64,000 nt of DNA from positions 52,948,001 through 53,012,000 of the forward strand of contig NC_043009.1 in assembly GCF_006345805.1 (NCBI RefSeq), read 5' to 3'. How positions within the stretch are numbered: the stretch's first letter is position 1; each line of letters starts with the position of its first letter. Made by a program: the position numbers and the translations under genes. The stretch comes from Octopus sinensis. Taxonomy: Eukaryota. Positions 14,053 through 28,721 of the stretch are shown in pieces. The notes under the pieces were generated by a model that saw only the letters and a program-made list of their open reading frames with translations, was not told where the DNA came from and searched no databases.

Positions 14053-14524
14053 CAGTTCAGATATAAGCGTTTATATTGAAATGACAATTTAGAATACTTC
14101 AGATTTGGACAGTACACCGATCTCATGCTTCAAAGCTTAACTAGTCCCATATATCCTGCTTAAGGATGAATCACGTTGCTTATGAGAATAGCGATGATGA
14201 TTTTTATTGTTTAGTCCCTTGGTAAGTTGTATGATCGAAAGTGTAACAACCGTGGCCACCCTGTCTATAGTTTAGACGTATGAGCTATATACTATCCAAC
14301 ATGTATTTCTTTTTCAAGACGCTAGTAAAATCACCGCAACCCTTGTAAACACTTGGACAAGTCTGTAGTGTAAAGGGAGGCCACTCCATATTTTAATCTC
14401 TCTTCCAACTGCAACTATCAACCATTTTTCATTCACCAGGATTGAGAGAGCCAGAAAACGTTATAAGCGCTGCCCTTCTTTCTTTAAATACACTACGTGA
14501 ACAACACTGTGTTGTTTTTCTCTG

Positions 14525-14987
14525 CTGTCGGGTGCCATCTTGCTCAGAACATTGACCTCCTGGAATCTGTCCAGAGACGTGCAACCAAACGCATACGCTC
14601 CATCAGACACTTACCATATTCTGAGCGCCTTGTTTCCCTGGGCATGGATTCACTGAAGCTCCGGCGTCTGGCGACGGACTTGGTAAACACCCACAAAGTT
14701 GTCAACCACCTCACCAACAACAACACTGAACACCTTTTTGATCTCCATGTGTCTAACACACGTGGACATGCCTACAAAGTCAGAAAACAACACAGCTCCC
14801 ATGACTTTCGGAAACATTTTTTCACGCTCAGAGTTGCTGAAGCATGGAATAAACTGCCTGCGTCAGTTGTTGACTCACGACACTGCATCCTTTAAGGCCC
14901 TCATGCTTTCCGAAATCCACCGAAACTACACCTGATTATATATACACTTTAGATGAGTTGTAGTGCACCCGAGCACTGTACACAATG

Positions 14988-15052
<65 letters not shown>
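14525..15052 (+). pseudogene. CR1-clade LINE 3' end with (TTA)n tail
   Basis: LLESVQRRATK, YSERL, RRLATDL, TRGHAYK and FFTLRVAEAWNKLP motifs. Confidence 0.9.
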
Positions 15053-15054
<2 letters not shown>

Positions 15055-15619
15055 CCGTTTTGATGCAAGCGGTCACCGATCTCCATGTCAACATCTGAAG
15101 ATCCGTGATTTTTCTTCGGAAGGATAGGATACTGCTGTAGATTTTCAGGCGGAATTCAGGTTGAAGCGCCCCATAGGCGATCTTTCGATACTAGTAACGA
15201 AAGATCGCCGTATACTCCATATAATACCTGCTTGCATTTTTATTTCTAGGAATCTTCAGAACATTTTTCACGTATTTGTGTTCCACACACAGGGAATTTA
15301 TACGATTATGCCAAAAAAAAAAAAAAAAAATTTTGTGTGATTTAATGACTATTTACCTGTTATTTTTAGCACATCTCACGGATCTTTTCCTTTTGAACGG
15401 CAGTTTTCAACACAATTTCTAGTTAACTAAACACTTTTAAACTTCGTATACTGGTAGAATGTGTCAAAATAAAACCTTTTTTTACTCTTGGCTTTCTTGA
15501 GAAAATTGTAATTTGTAAGTTTAACGTAGTTTAATTTTTCGAATTTTAACCAATCGATGGCTTCTATTTAGTTAAAATCATTTGCTGCGTCTAAAACTGA
15601 GACAACATCCTGTCACTGA

Positions 15620-15720
15620 CCCTAACCTAACCCTAACCCTAATCCTAACCCCAACCCTAACACTAACCCTAACCCTAATCCTAACCCCAACCCTAACACT
15701 AACCCTAACCCTAACCCTAA
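15620..15720. repeat. Interstitial (CCCTAA)n telomere-like repeat with a duplicated 36-bp variant unit
   Basis: ccctaaccctaatcctaaccccaaccctaacactaa at 15631-15666 and 15667-15702. Confidence 0.9.
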
Positions 15721-15741
15721 ATCTTAGCCTTTCGTTTCTTT

Positions 15742-16468
15742 GGATCTTTTCTGTTTGATAGACGGAATTTTCTAACACATACACGCACAAGCATACATAC
15801 ACGTTCGTGTTTTGCCACTTGCTGCAACAAATTTGCACAAAAGGTAAATAAACCAGAAGGGGTGGGGTCAATGTTTCATCGTTTCGGGGTCGATAAATTA
15901 AGTACCAATTACGCACTGGTGTCGATGATTTTTTTCCCAATTTATATCACAGCTTCCGATAAGCTGGGGGCATCCTTTTATGAAAAAATATTTCGCAAAT
16001 TTTTACAATACTACTCACACTCCATGCGCAAACTCGAGACCAATTTAGGCATATTATTGTTTTGTTTTTGTTGTTTCTGGCCCTTCAAAACCATGGGAGA
16101 AGCCTTTTCGGTAAAAAAAAATAAAGAAAATATTCAAAAAATATCGTTAATATTTTTATTGGGTGACGAAATTCATCGATTTAAGAGATATAGCTGTTAT
16201 TTCTAGCACATGTAGAAGACAGAAGAAGAGACAAGGATGAATAAGACGTGTGTGTGTGAGTTTTTAGACACAGTAAATAATTTGAGCTCGAATGCTGCGA
16301 TTTCATTGGTTAAAATTCGTAAAATTAAACTACGTTTAAGTTACGAATTACAATTTTGTTTTCAATTTCGTTTACAATAATGTTTTCTTTTGACACATTC
16401 TACCAGTATACGAAGTTTCAAATTGTTTAGTTTACTAGAAAATTCCGTCTATCAAACAGAAAAGATCC
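15742..16468. mobile_element. Second Merlin-like MITE with 8-bp TSD
   Basis: Perfect TIR GGATCTTTTCTGTTTGATAGACGGAATTTTC at both ends; GTTTCTTT on both flanks. Confidence 0.8.
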
Positions 16469-16494
16469 GTTTCTTTTTTCTTAATTGTTAAATT

Positions 16495-16646
16495 AGATTT
16501 TTTCCTTTTCAACGGTAGTTTTCAGCACAATTTCTTGTTAACTAAACACTTTTAAACTTCGATACATTCTACCAGTATACAAAGTTTAAAAGTGTTTAGT
16601 TAACTAGAAATTGTGTTGAAAGCTGTCGTTCAAAAGGAAAAGATCC
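16495..16646. mobile_element. Fold-back mini-derivative made almost entirely of the family's two ~70-bp ends
   Basis: Left and right halves are imperfect reverse complements and match the end at 15380. Confidence 0.65.
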
Positions 16647-17459
16647 CATATTTATATTTTTCAATATCCTTCTCCTCATTAACGCATTTACTGATACATT
16701 GCTGTGAGTTAAGTAAAAAAAATTCGAACTACCTGCATTTTAAATTGATTAAAAAAAAAAAATTTGAAAAATTAAAAAGAAATTCTTTTGGAAATTCAAA
16801 AAAAAAAAAAAAAAATTTCTTCCTAATCGTAAGAATTCCTGTTTGTAGAACAGAAATGCTCAAAAATATTCAGAAAATTCCAACAAATAGAAAAAAGTTA
16901 TGTTGTGTTTATATGGGGTGCTTAAAGCAGAATTCTGCCAATTTTCATTGCATTCTGCTTGTTTATTTACCGTTTATTTGCTAGTTTCCAGCTCATCTGA
17001 GCTTTTCTTTAAGGCACTGAACAAGGTAACTGTTTCACATGGCATCGGTGAGTTGTAATTTAGCGTTGCGGTCTACCATGGTATCCGTAGACTACGCTAT
17101 GAAATGACCCGATCTGGTAGGAGTTTGGGTTAGGCAGTGGCTCTCAACCTTTTTTTTTTGCTTGTGGGCCTCTTTGGCTCATATTTTACTCAGATGGGTC
17201 CTTCTAGCCTTTCGATGGCTATATATATATATATATAACTTTTAATACTTTTGATATATATTTAAAATAATATATATTAAATAATTTTATGTATTGGCTT
17301 AAATTTTTCATTGTTTGATTTGCCTAATAGTGGTTTTATCTCTAATTTAATATAATATAATATTTTACTATAAAATTAGATTCAATCCTAAATCTGATTT
17401 TTCCCTGTAAGTTTGGATTTATTCCCTAATATTTTATTATATATATATATATATATATA

Positions 17460-17795
17460 CATATGTATATTTAGGGATAAACCACTAGGTGGATAACCAA
17501 TACGCTAGAAGCAGATCACATACGATCTAACTACAAAGAAAGAATGTTCTCCAGAGAAAATTCAGTGAACACCAGGACATAGGCGGGCAAGACAGATGAA
17601 AATTATATAAAAATCAAGAATTAATCGTTTACCGGTTTCGTCTATTACTGAATAAATTACTTACATAATCCTTCATCTGCAGACTTGTTGAATTTTCTCT
17701 GGAGAACATTTTTTCTTTGTAGTTAGATCGTATGTGATCTTCTTCTAGCATATTGGTTATCCACCTAATGGTTTATCCCTAAATATACGCATGTA
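17460..17795. repeat. ~105-bp inverted repeat pair (Penelope-like end fragments)
   Basis: 17460-17565 is the reverse complement of 17688-17795 with ~5 mismatches. Confidence 0.85.
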
Positions 17796-17899
17796 TTGAA
17801 ATTTTTTTTGATTTTTCAGATTTTTTTATATATGCTAGGCTACTGGTTTTAAATTGATATTCAATTTATCTCCCTCATTATTTAAATTTTATATATATA

Positions 17900-18308
17900 G
17901 GCGCAGGAGTGGCTGTGTGGTAAGTAGCTTGTTAACCAACCACATGGTTCTGGGTTCAGTCCCACTACGTTGCATCTTGGGCAAGTGTCTTCTGTTATAG
18001 CCCCGGGCCGACCAATGCCTTGTGAGTGGATTTGGTAGACGGAACTGAAAGAAGCCTGTCGTATATATGTATATATATATATATGTGTATGTGTGTGTCT
18101 GTGTGTCTGTGTTTGTCCCCCTAGCATTGCTTGACAACCGATACTGGTGTGTTTACGTCCCCGTCACTTAGTGGTTCGGCAAAAGAGACTGATAGACTAA
18201 GTACTGGGCTTACAAAGAATAAGTCCCGGGGTCGATTTGCTCGACTAAAGGCGGTGCTCCGGCATGGCCACAGTCAAATGACTGAAACAAGTAAAAACAA
18301 AAAAGAAA
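17900..18308 (+). mobile_element. SINE family A, full length
   Basis: Complete head, internal (TA/TG)n and tail. Confidence 0.93.
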
Positions 18309-18324
18309 GAAAGATATATATATA

Positions 18325-18620
18325 TATCATCATCATCATCATCGTTTAACGTCCGTTCTCCATGCTAGCATGGGTTGGACGGTTCGACCGGGGATCTGGG
18401 AAGCCAGAGGCTGCACCAGGCTCCGGTCTTATCTGGCAATGTTTCTACAGCTGGATGCCCTTCCTAACGCCAACCACTCCGTGAGTGTAGTGGGTGCTTT
18501 TTACGTGCTACCTGCACTGGTGCCAGGCGAGTCTGGCATCGGCCACGGTCGGATTGGTGCATTTTACGTGCTACCTGCATGGAAGCCAGTCAAGGCGGCA
18601 CTGGCTTCGGCCACGATTAT
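18325..18620 (-). mobile_element. SINE/RTE-type retroposon end with (GAT)n tail
   Basis: GGTTGGCGTTAGGAAGGGCATCCAGC motif and TAAACGATGATG tail on the minus strand; internal tandem duplication. Confidence 0.7.
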
Positions 18621-19318
18621 CATATATATATATAAAATCCTACTGTATCTTTATAGCTAAACATTATAAGGAAATCTTTTTTTATATCAGTCATTCAATT
18701 GCAGCCATATTGGGGCACTGCCTTGAAGAACTTTTTTTAGTCGAATAATTCGACTCCAGTACTTATTTTTAAAGCCTGGTACTTATTCTATTGGGCTCTT
18801 TTACCGAACCGCTAAGTTACGGTTGTCAAGCGATGTTGAGGATAAACACACACATGACACTCTTCTTTCAGTTTCAGCTTCTGTCACAAAATCCACTTTG
18901 GTCAGCCCGAGACTATAGTGAATGACACTTGTTCAAGGTGCCACACAGTGGGATTGGACCTGGAATCATGAGGTCGGAAAGTAAACTTCTTACCACACAG
19001 CTATGCCTGCCCCTTGTATTATTTACATTTGACAGATATTTGTCCTCAACGTTGGAGAAATTTCGAACCTGGGTTCTCATTCCTAAGGTATTTTTCGATG
19101 TTATTATTGTTGTTCAGGCCACTGCCTGGAATCGAACTCAGAATCTTGGGGTTAGTAGCCCACACTCTTACCCACTACGTGGGCAATTATGGAGTGAATT
19201 TTAGGGTTTATAAATCTAATATTTTCCTATCCTTCTTTAATATTGGTTCTCATATGCTATTCAGATTTGCACTTGGTCTACTTTGTAGGTTATTATGTCC
19301 TAGCATTTGTGCTGCTTC

Positions 19319-19989
19319 TTACAGTTTTTGTATTTTCCAGTGGTGTTTTCTGTCTATTATTTTAGCCTCATCCCACAGGGGAAGGTGGTCTCCGTTTTTC
19401 CATACGTGATCAATTATACTCAATTCATCAATAACTCCCCATGTCACAGCTTTGCGATGTTCTTCTACCCTTATTTTGAGGGGGCAGCATGTTTCACCTT
19501 TGCATAACCTACCACAGCTGCATGGGATGGAGTACACACAGTCTTTGGTCATATTCTCTTCTATTGGTGGTCTTACTTGAAGGAGATATTTGCGAAGTGT
19601 TGTATTACTCTTGAATACTGTCCTGATGTCATATGGACCACATATATTTTGTATCTTTTCGGAGAGGCCTTTCACATAAGGTAGACAGACTGTCATCAGT
19701 TTATGGGTTTCATTCTCTATGTTCTTCATAACTGGAGTAGATAGTATGCTTTTTGGGGTAGTTTGATCATTTCTTCAAGGTATGTATCAGGGTCACTACT
19801 TATATTATTTGCTTGATGTTTTAGGCATTGAGCAATCCATCTTTTTACACTGTATGGATGGGGGAAATTAAAGTTGAGGTATCGTCTAATGAAGGTTGGC
19901 TTGCGGTATACGGATGCCCTGGATCCATACTTGGTGCATGTTATTAGTACATCCAGGAATGCTAGCTTATTGTCTTTTTCCTTTCCCAT
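19319..19989 (-). pseudogene. Penelope-like element RT end plus GIY-YIG endonuclease remnant
   Basis: LAFLDVLI, VYRKPT, LPYVKGLSEK, CVYSIPCSCG, GET and EH motifs. Confidence 0.88.
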
Positions 19990-20069
19990 TGTGAACAGTA
20001 TTTCGAGTGGTTAAGAGTGCGGGCTACTAGCTTCAAGATTCTGAGTTCAATTCTAGGCAGTGACCTGCT

Positions 20070-21270
20070 TGACAGAAAAATATGAAAACTATTGATAATT
20101 CATAGAATGCACCACCTTAAGGCAGATATAGAAATACTTTATCTGCCAAGAAAAGAGGGAGTCCGTGGACTTTTACAACTTGCATTAACAATGAAGCAAA
20201 CAAGAAAGCATCCTACTCAATAACAAAACAGGCAAAGGAATATCTTAGTGAATTCCAAATACAACAAATTCCGGAATTAGCCGTACTAGAAACAAGCACA
20301 GACAAAGCTAAGCGTATGAAAACAAGTGCTAAAACTGCTGCCTTAGATATTCTGACTGATAAATGGCAAGAAAAACCTCTCAATGGCAAATACCCAAAAA
20401 GAGCAAATAATGCTGATGTTGACAAAGCCATTTCCCATCAATAGCTAATGGCTTCTAGCTTAAAATCAGAAACAGAAGGGTTTATCATAGCAGACCAAGA
20501 TCGATGCCAACCTACAAGGAACTACCAGGCCAACATATTAAAGAATGGCAGCTCCCCAATATGTTGTGTATGTCAACAACAAAATGAGACCATTGATCAT
20601 GTTGTTTCCATGTGCAGTTTTCTTGCACCTACAGAGTTTCTCAACAGGCATGATAGATCTGCACAATATATTCACTGGGTAATTTGCAGAAACCTGGACT
20701 TGCCCCATGATAAAAACTGGTGGGAACACAAATCACCCCCAGTACTTGAAAAAAATTCACGTGTCACTTCTCTGGAACTTCATTCAAATTGACAGAAAGT
20801 TAGATGCAAATAGGCCAGACATCATATTGAAAGGCTTCAAACAAAAATCATGCTTTCTCATTGATATGAGTGTCTCAATCAATATAAACGTATCTGTCAA
20901 GACCTCCAAAAACTGAGCAAGTATAAAGATCTTGAAATAGAAATTGGCAAAATGTGGAACCTCAAGACTAAAATAATACCTGTTGTCATTGGTGCCCTAG
21001 GAATGATAACAAAAGGGGCTGATGCTACCTAGCTCAGATACCAGGAAACCCCCAAAATGGCAGAAATTCAAGAGATAGTGCTCATGGGAACTGCCCATAT
21101 CCTACGTAAAATATTGTCTATGTAATCTCAGATTTTAAAACAAACTTAGAATTTTCTTGTTTTCTTACATATTCTCTAGAACAATATTATGTGCAAAACC
21201 AAATATATGCACCCTAGTCATAACACCAACTTTAACTTCTAACTTGTTGTCTATTGAGGTCTCTGGAGTC
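20070..21270 (+). pseudogene. R4/Dong-like (RLE-bearing) non-LTR element remnant
   Basis: LKSETEGFII, CxxC-ETIDH-C zinc knuckle, RHD, NRPDI, D-S and PVVIGALG motifs; (AAT)n tail. Confidence 0.88.
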
Positions 21271-21559
21271 AACTTGTATGAATACAAAACAATAATAATA
21301 ATAGTAATAATAATAATGATAATAATAATAATAATAATAAATAATAATAATAATATATAATCTCAAGTTTTAAACAAACATAATTTTGTTTTTTTTTTTT
21401 AGACATTCACTAGTACAACACTAAATACAAAACCAAATATATGGCACACTAGGCATAACAACAACACAAACTTCCAACTTGTTGTCTCTTGAGGTCTCTG
21501 GGTGAGACTTGGAGCCAACTTGTACAAATATAAAACAAAAGTCAAACATAAAATAATAA

Positions 21560-22215
21560 TAATAATAATAACATGTGCAACTCAAGAACAAGTGAGCACT
21601 CATATGTGCAGCTCAGGAACAAGCATTAAGGACCAATTATATGAAGTGCAGAATTGACAACACTACTGATAGCAACAAATGCAGAATATTTGGTGAGAGG
21701 GGGGAAATGGTATGGCACATCATTTGTGAATGCCCTAAATTGGCATAACATGAATATAAACGATGCCATGACACTGTGGCAAGAATAATCCATTGAGAGT
21801 TCTGTGGAAATCAAGGCCTACAAAGAGCAAAGACATGATATGAACAAACCCCAGAAGGAGTCACTGAAAATGAGAATTGCAGTATGATCACCTGACCAGG
21901 CACAGGAAACCAGACATTGTTGTGGTGAACAAAAACGAAAGAACATGTATCGACATTGCATGGCCCGGTGACAACAGGATCAATGTGAAAGAGGCAGAAA
22001 AAATAAACAACTATGACGATTTAAAGTGGGAAATAAGAAGGTTGTGGTCAATGAAGAGAGTAGACGTGATACCAATAATAATTGGTGCGCTTGGAAGTGT
22101 CAGCACTCAACTACCAACATTGCTAAAAAAAGATCAGTGCAAGTGTAAAGGTAGAACACCTAAAAAAATCAGCATTGCTCGGAACTGTAAGAATTCTTCG
22201 CAGGGTTCTTGAAGC
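21560..22215 (+). pseudogene. Second R4/Dong-like RLE remnant
   Basis: RKPDIVVV, IDIAWPGD, EKINNYDDL and PIIIGALG motifs; sits between (AAT)n tracts. Confidence 0.85.
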
Positions 22216-22336
22216 ATGACCAGTGAACAAGCGTTATCATAATCTGCTGGCAGTAGACAGCTGACACTTTCCATGTTGTGAGATTTCATATAATAATAAT
22301 GATGATAATAATAATAATAATTATTATATAATAATG

Positions 22337-22392
<56 letters not shown>

Positions 22393-22705
22393 TGATAATA
22401 ATAAAACAAAAATAATAATAATAGTGGCTGTGTGGTAAGTAGCTTGTTTACCAACCACATGGTTCCGAGTTCAGTCTCACTGTGTGGCCCCTTGGGCAAG
22501 TGTCTTCTACTATAGCCTCGGGCCGACCAAAGCCTTGTGAGTGGATATTGGTAGACGGAAACTGAAAGAAGCCTGTCGTATATATGTATATATATGTATG
22601 CGTGTGTGTGTTTGTGTGTCTATGTTTGTCCCCCTAGCATTACTTGACAACCGATGCTGGTGTGTTTATGTCCCCGTTACTTAGCGGTTCGGCAAAAGAG
22701 ACCGA

Positions 22706-23752
<1,047 letters not shown>

Positions 23753-24124
23753 TCTACTATAGCCTTGGGCTGAGTTAAGGAATTTTGAGGGAGTATGGAG
23801 TTATTCTTTTCATTACCAATTCAACCAAATTTTCTCAGGTAGATGGTAGATGTCAAAGGCTCTAGTTATGGGTCAAATAGCAATAGATTATCCCATCACT
23901 AAGGTACTTTAGCATGCAGTCAGTCTAGCCGTTTACATTTTTAGCATGAAGTCTGACTCTTTCAAAATTCCTATTTTGTTTTACACACATGAATTTGTGT
24001 AGGTTGAACTGTGTAAAATATTAGAGAAAGAAACCCAGTTGTTGATCCTGTTTCTTGCTTTCAGCTCTGTCCTGAGTATTGTCCTTACCCAGTGATAACA
24101 TTCTCTTCTGTTCCTTTCCCTCAT

Positions 24125-24445
24125 CATTACATGTTTGATCCTCCTCCTCCTCCTCCTCCTCCTCATCTCACTCCCCCTCTCACTCCTCCTCCTCTCACCC
24201 CTCCTCCTCCTCCTCCTCCTCTCACCCCTCCCTCCTCCTCTCACCATCTCCTCATTCCCCCTCCTCTCACCCCTCCCCCTTCTCTCACCGCCACGCCACC
24301 CCCTCCTCTCACCCCTCCTCCCCCTCCCACTCTCACCCCTCCCCCTTCTCTCACCACCACGCCCTCCTCCTCTCACCATCTCCTCCTCCTCCTCTCATTC
24401 CCCCTCCTCATTCTCCTCTCATCCTCCTCCCCTTCCTCTTCTTCA
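24125..24445. repeat. Polypyrimidine (CCT/CTCAC)n low-complexity tract
   Basis: Direct inspection. Confidence 0.9.
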
Positions 24446-24756
24446 TTTTTGCTAGCTGAGTGGACACAAACAACATGAAATAAAGCGTCTTGCTCAAGGA
24501 TACAACACACCGCCAGGAATTGAACTCATGATCGTGGGCCAAATACCCTAACCACTAAGCCATGCACCTTCACAGTGCCATAAATGAAATGAAAGAAGCG
24601 ACAATCAAGAACTTATAGCGAACTGCTGAAACTTAACTAAAAAGTTTACAGATGTAAAATACAGTGGAAGTGAAAGTCACCCAGATTTCTGGTTTTCTTT
24701 TTTTTTATGGTTTTCAGGAGACAGTCTAGAAAATCCTTGAAATATAAAATAAACTA

Positions 24757-25170
24757 GGCATAGGAGTGGCTGTGTGGTAAGTAGCTTGTTTACCAACCAC
24801 ATGGTTCTGGGTTCAGTCCCACTGCGTGGCACCTTGGGCAAGTGTCTTCTACTATAGCCTCGGGCCGACCAAAGCCTTGTGAGTGGATTTGGCAGACGGA
24901 AACTGAAAGAAGCCCGTCGTATAGATGTATGTATATATATATATGCGTGGGTGTGTTTGTGTGTCTGTGTTTGTCCCCCTAGCATTGCTTGACAACCGAT
25001 GCTAGTGTGTTTATGTCCCCGTTACTTAGCGGTTCGGCAAAAGAGACCGATAGAATAAGTACTGGGCTTACAAAAGAATAAGTCCCGGGGTCGAGTTGCT
25101 CGATTAAAAAAGGTGGTGCTCCAGCATGGCCGCAGTCAAAGGACTGAAACAAGTAAAAGAGTAAAAGAGA
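24757..25170 (+). mobile_element. SINE family A, full length
   Basis: Match to the other copies. Confidence 0.92.
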
Positions 25171-25563
25171 GAGAGTATTTAAAGTAAAGAACTAAATTGT
25201 ATTTAATAGATTTAAATTTATACACTTCTAAAGTAGGGTGTGTCTGATATCTATTTATCCATTTAAAATTCTTAAAATATATCATACTGTACCATGTATA
25301 AGTATAATGTGTATTGGATAATACAAAACTAAGAAAAAGCAAGAACACAATTTTGTTTAACACACACATACGTACAAATTATTGCAGGGTATGTATAATC
25401 TTTATTGAGCCATTTAAAAATATAAACAACAAAACTGCTTTTAATATGGCAGTATGCAAAATTAATCACTTTTTAAAAAAATTTTTAAAGTGTCTGTTTA
25501 CTTAATATTGTATATTGCATGATATTGCAAGCTTTTCCATATTAAAGGACCAGATTTAATAAT

Positions 25564-25598
<35 letters not shown>

Positions 25599-26245
25599 CC
25601 ACAACAACAACAACAACAACAATAATAATAATAATAATAATAATAATTATAATAATAATAATGATGATGATGATAATAATAATAATAATAATAATAATAT
25701 TTTATAATAATTAATATAATAATTAAAAAAAAAAAATTTATGTATTAGACATTCACTAGTACAACACAAAAAAAACCCCCAAATATATGGCACACTAGGC
25801 ATAACAACAACGCGGACTTCCAGCCTGTTGTCTCTTGAGGTCTCTGGGTGAGACTTGGAGCCAACTTGTACAGAAATAAAGCAAAAGTCAAACATAGAAT
25901 AATAATAATAACAATAATAATAATAATAATAAATAATAATAATAATAATGATAATAATAAAGAGATCGAAGGGAGGTAACTAGATTTTAACTGCAATATT
26001 TAGTTGTTAAATGTTCAATAAACAAGGGGGGATGATTTTTCATGAAAGAGTTGTCGGAAACGGGTGGAAAAATATAGCTGACGACAAAACCTCTAGGTGG
26101 TCTATCAACATGCTAGAAATAGCAGTCAAATCATCAAATTACACATTAAACTGTCCATAAAATGCATCAGATTAAACACGATACTCACAGACGGTAGAAT
26201 TTCCAGCTCATAAAAATGTGTGTATGTACGTGTGTAGTATATGTG

Positions 26246-26278
<33 letters not shown>

Positions 26279-26864
26279 GTATGTGTGTGTGTGTGTGAGT
26301 GTGTAGGTGAACGTAGGTGCATGTATGTGAGTGTATATGCGTATGCATGTGTGTGTGTGTGTATATAAATGTATGTTCACTTCCAAACTGTATTTTCCAT
26401 TTGCAAGGGAAATAAGAAGTCGATTCTTGGTCATGAGTTATTCGTCTTGGATATTTTATTTATTCATATATCTTTTTCCTGTCTATCTTATCACCTACAT
26501 GCCGTAGTGAGGCACCGCCTTAAAGAATTTACTGGTGAACGAATCAGCCTCAGTACTTCCTTCCTTCTGTTCTTATTCTATCGGAAACTTTTGCCGAACC
26601 GCTTGCTTACGAGGACTTAAACACAACGCTGGTTGTCAAGTGATGACAGGAGCCAAACACAGACACGAAGTTACACACACATACATACATAAACACACAC
26701 ACACACACACACACACATTTTATGATTAATTAATAATTATAATTGAGGGTACACGAGGCACCAGCGTCGCTATAAACAAGAGTCGAAAACTACTCTAATA
26801 AGCCATCATTTCACTGAAAGCGCAACAGGCCGACGGAAATCGCGGGACGAGCAGAGAAATTTAC

Positions 26865-27285
26865 TTACCTATTTCTTTATTACCCACAAGGGGTTAAACA
26901 TAAAGGGGACAAACAAGGACAGACACAGGTATTAAGTCGATTTCATCGACCCAGTGCGTAACTGGTACTTAATTTATCGACCCTGAAAGGATGAAAGGTA
27001 AAGTCGACCTCGACGGAATTTGAACTCACAACGTAAACAGCAGAAGAAATACCTATTTCTTTATTACCCACAAGGGGCTAAACACAGAGGGGACAAACAA
27101 GGACAGACAAAGGGATTAAGTCGATTATATCGACCCCAGTGCGTAACTGGTACTTTATTTATCGACCCCGAAAAGATGAAAGGTAAAGTCGACCTCGACG
27201 GAATTTGAACTCACAACGTAACGGCAGAAGTAATACTGCTGAGCATTTCGCCCGGCGTGCTAACGTTTCTGCCGGCTCGAACTTA
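26865..27285 (-). mobile_element. Head-to-tail dimer of SINE family B
   Basis: Full unit followed by a head-truncated unit. Confidence 0.85.
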
Positions 27286-27518
27286 CCGTCGCGGCTGATT
27301 GTCGCAAATGAGGTTGTAGACAATCCTGTATCATATGATTTCGAGCTTTGAGATGATTCTCTTATTTCCCATCAGCAACGCTCACTGTTTACCTAGGGCT
27401 AGAATTTTTATTCGCTTCATCATGCATGTTGATCGTTGAAAGGCCAGCCGCAAATTCAAAACAATGCCAGTGTATAATTTTGCATAAATGAATAAACATA
27501 GATACACTAATAATAACG

Positions 27519-27623
<105 letters not shown>

Positions 27624-27629
27624 TTAATA

Positions 27630-27688
<59 letters not shown>

Positions 27689-27689
<1 letters not shown>

Positions 27690-27788
27690 CCTTCTTTCTT
27701 CAAATTTTCTTCTGTTTCTCGCCGAGTGTTTCCCTAGGTGTACGGAAAACACTCGGCGAGAAACGGAAGAAAATTTGAAGAAAGAAGG

Positions 27789-27820
<32 letters not shown>

Positions 27821-27831
27821 AATACTAATAC

Positions 27832-27862
<31 letters not shown>

Positions 27863-27965
27863 TTTTCTTCTTTCTTCAAATTTTCTTCCGTTTATCGCCG
27901 CGTGTTTTCCTAGGTGTACGGAAAATAATCGACGAGAAACGGAATAAATTTGAAGAGAGAAGGAA
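27689..27965. repeat. Two tandem ~100-bp palindromic mini-elements in (AAT)n
   Basis: 27689-27789 and ~27863-27965 are each self-complementary around the loop CTAGGTGTAC. Confidence 0.85.
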
Positions 27966-28001
<36 letters not shown>

Positions 28002-28325
28002 CATAATAAACAGATAAATAAATAAAATAACAATGATAATAGTATAAGTGGCCAGCAAATAGAAAGGCAAATCCATAAATTTTATAATTAATTAATAATT
28101 ATAATTGAGGGTACACGAAGTACCAGCGTTGCTATAAACAAGAGTCGAAAAATACTTTGATAAGCCATCTAAGAGAATCATCTTAAAGTTCAAAATCAGT
28201 GAAATGGTGGCTTAATACAGTATCTTTGCCCTTTTATTAGCTTTAATGCTTCCTCGCCACTTTTATTATTATTATTATTATTATTAGTAATAATAATGAT
28301 ATCTATATTTATTTATTCATGTAAA

Positions 28326-28721
28326 ACTAGCAGTATCGCCCGGCGTTGCTCGGGTTTGTAAGGGAAATAACTATATAAGCATTTTTAGAGTTATAGCCAA
28401 AAAATAGCAAAAAAATGCATTAAAAATGGAAAAAAAATTATGGTAATTTTTAAAAAAAATCGTTGACTCATCGTAGACATTTTTAGAGTTATTTCCCTTA
28501 TATAATAGCGAAAAAATGCATTAAAATGGAAAAAAATGATGGTAAATTTATTTTTAAATCGTAGACTCATCGTAGACGCGCGCTAATACCCAGAAGGGCT
28601 CGATATGAATCACGACTATAAGATACCCGGTTTTGGTTAAACTGCACCGCAAAATGTGGGAGTAGTTTGGAATCTAAATCATAGGAGACAGACACACAAC
28701 CTCTCTTTTATATATAAAGAT
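28326..28721 (+). mobile_element. Non-autonomous Helitron-like element
   Basis: ACTAGCAGTATCGCCCGGCGTTGCTCGGG start with subterminal hairpin, shared by 4 copies. Confidence 0.65.

Noticed and set aside
19660-19700. CTGATGA...GAAAGGCCTC as a hammerhead
   Set aside because: Inside Penelope coding sequence, with no stem I pairing.
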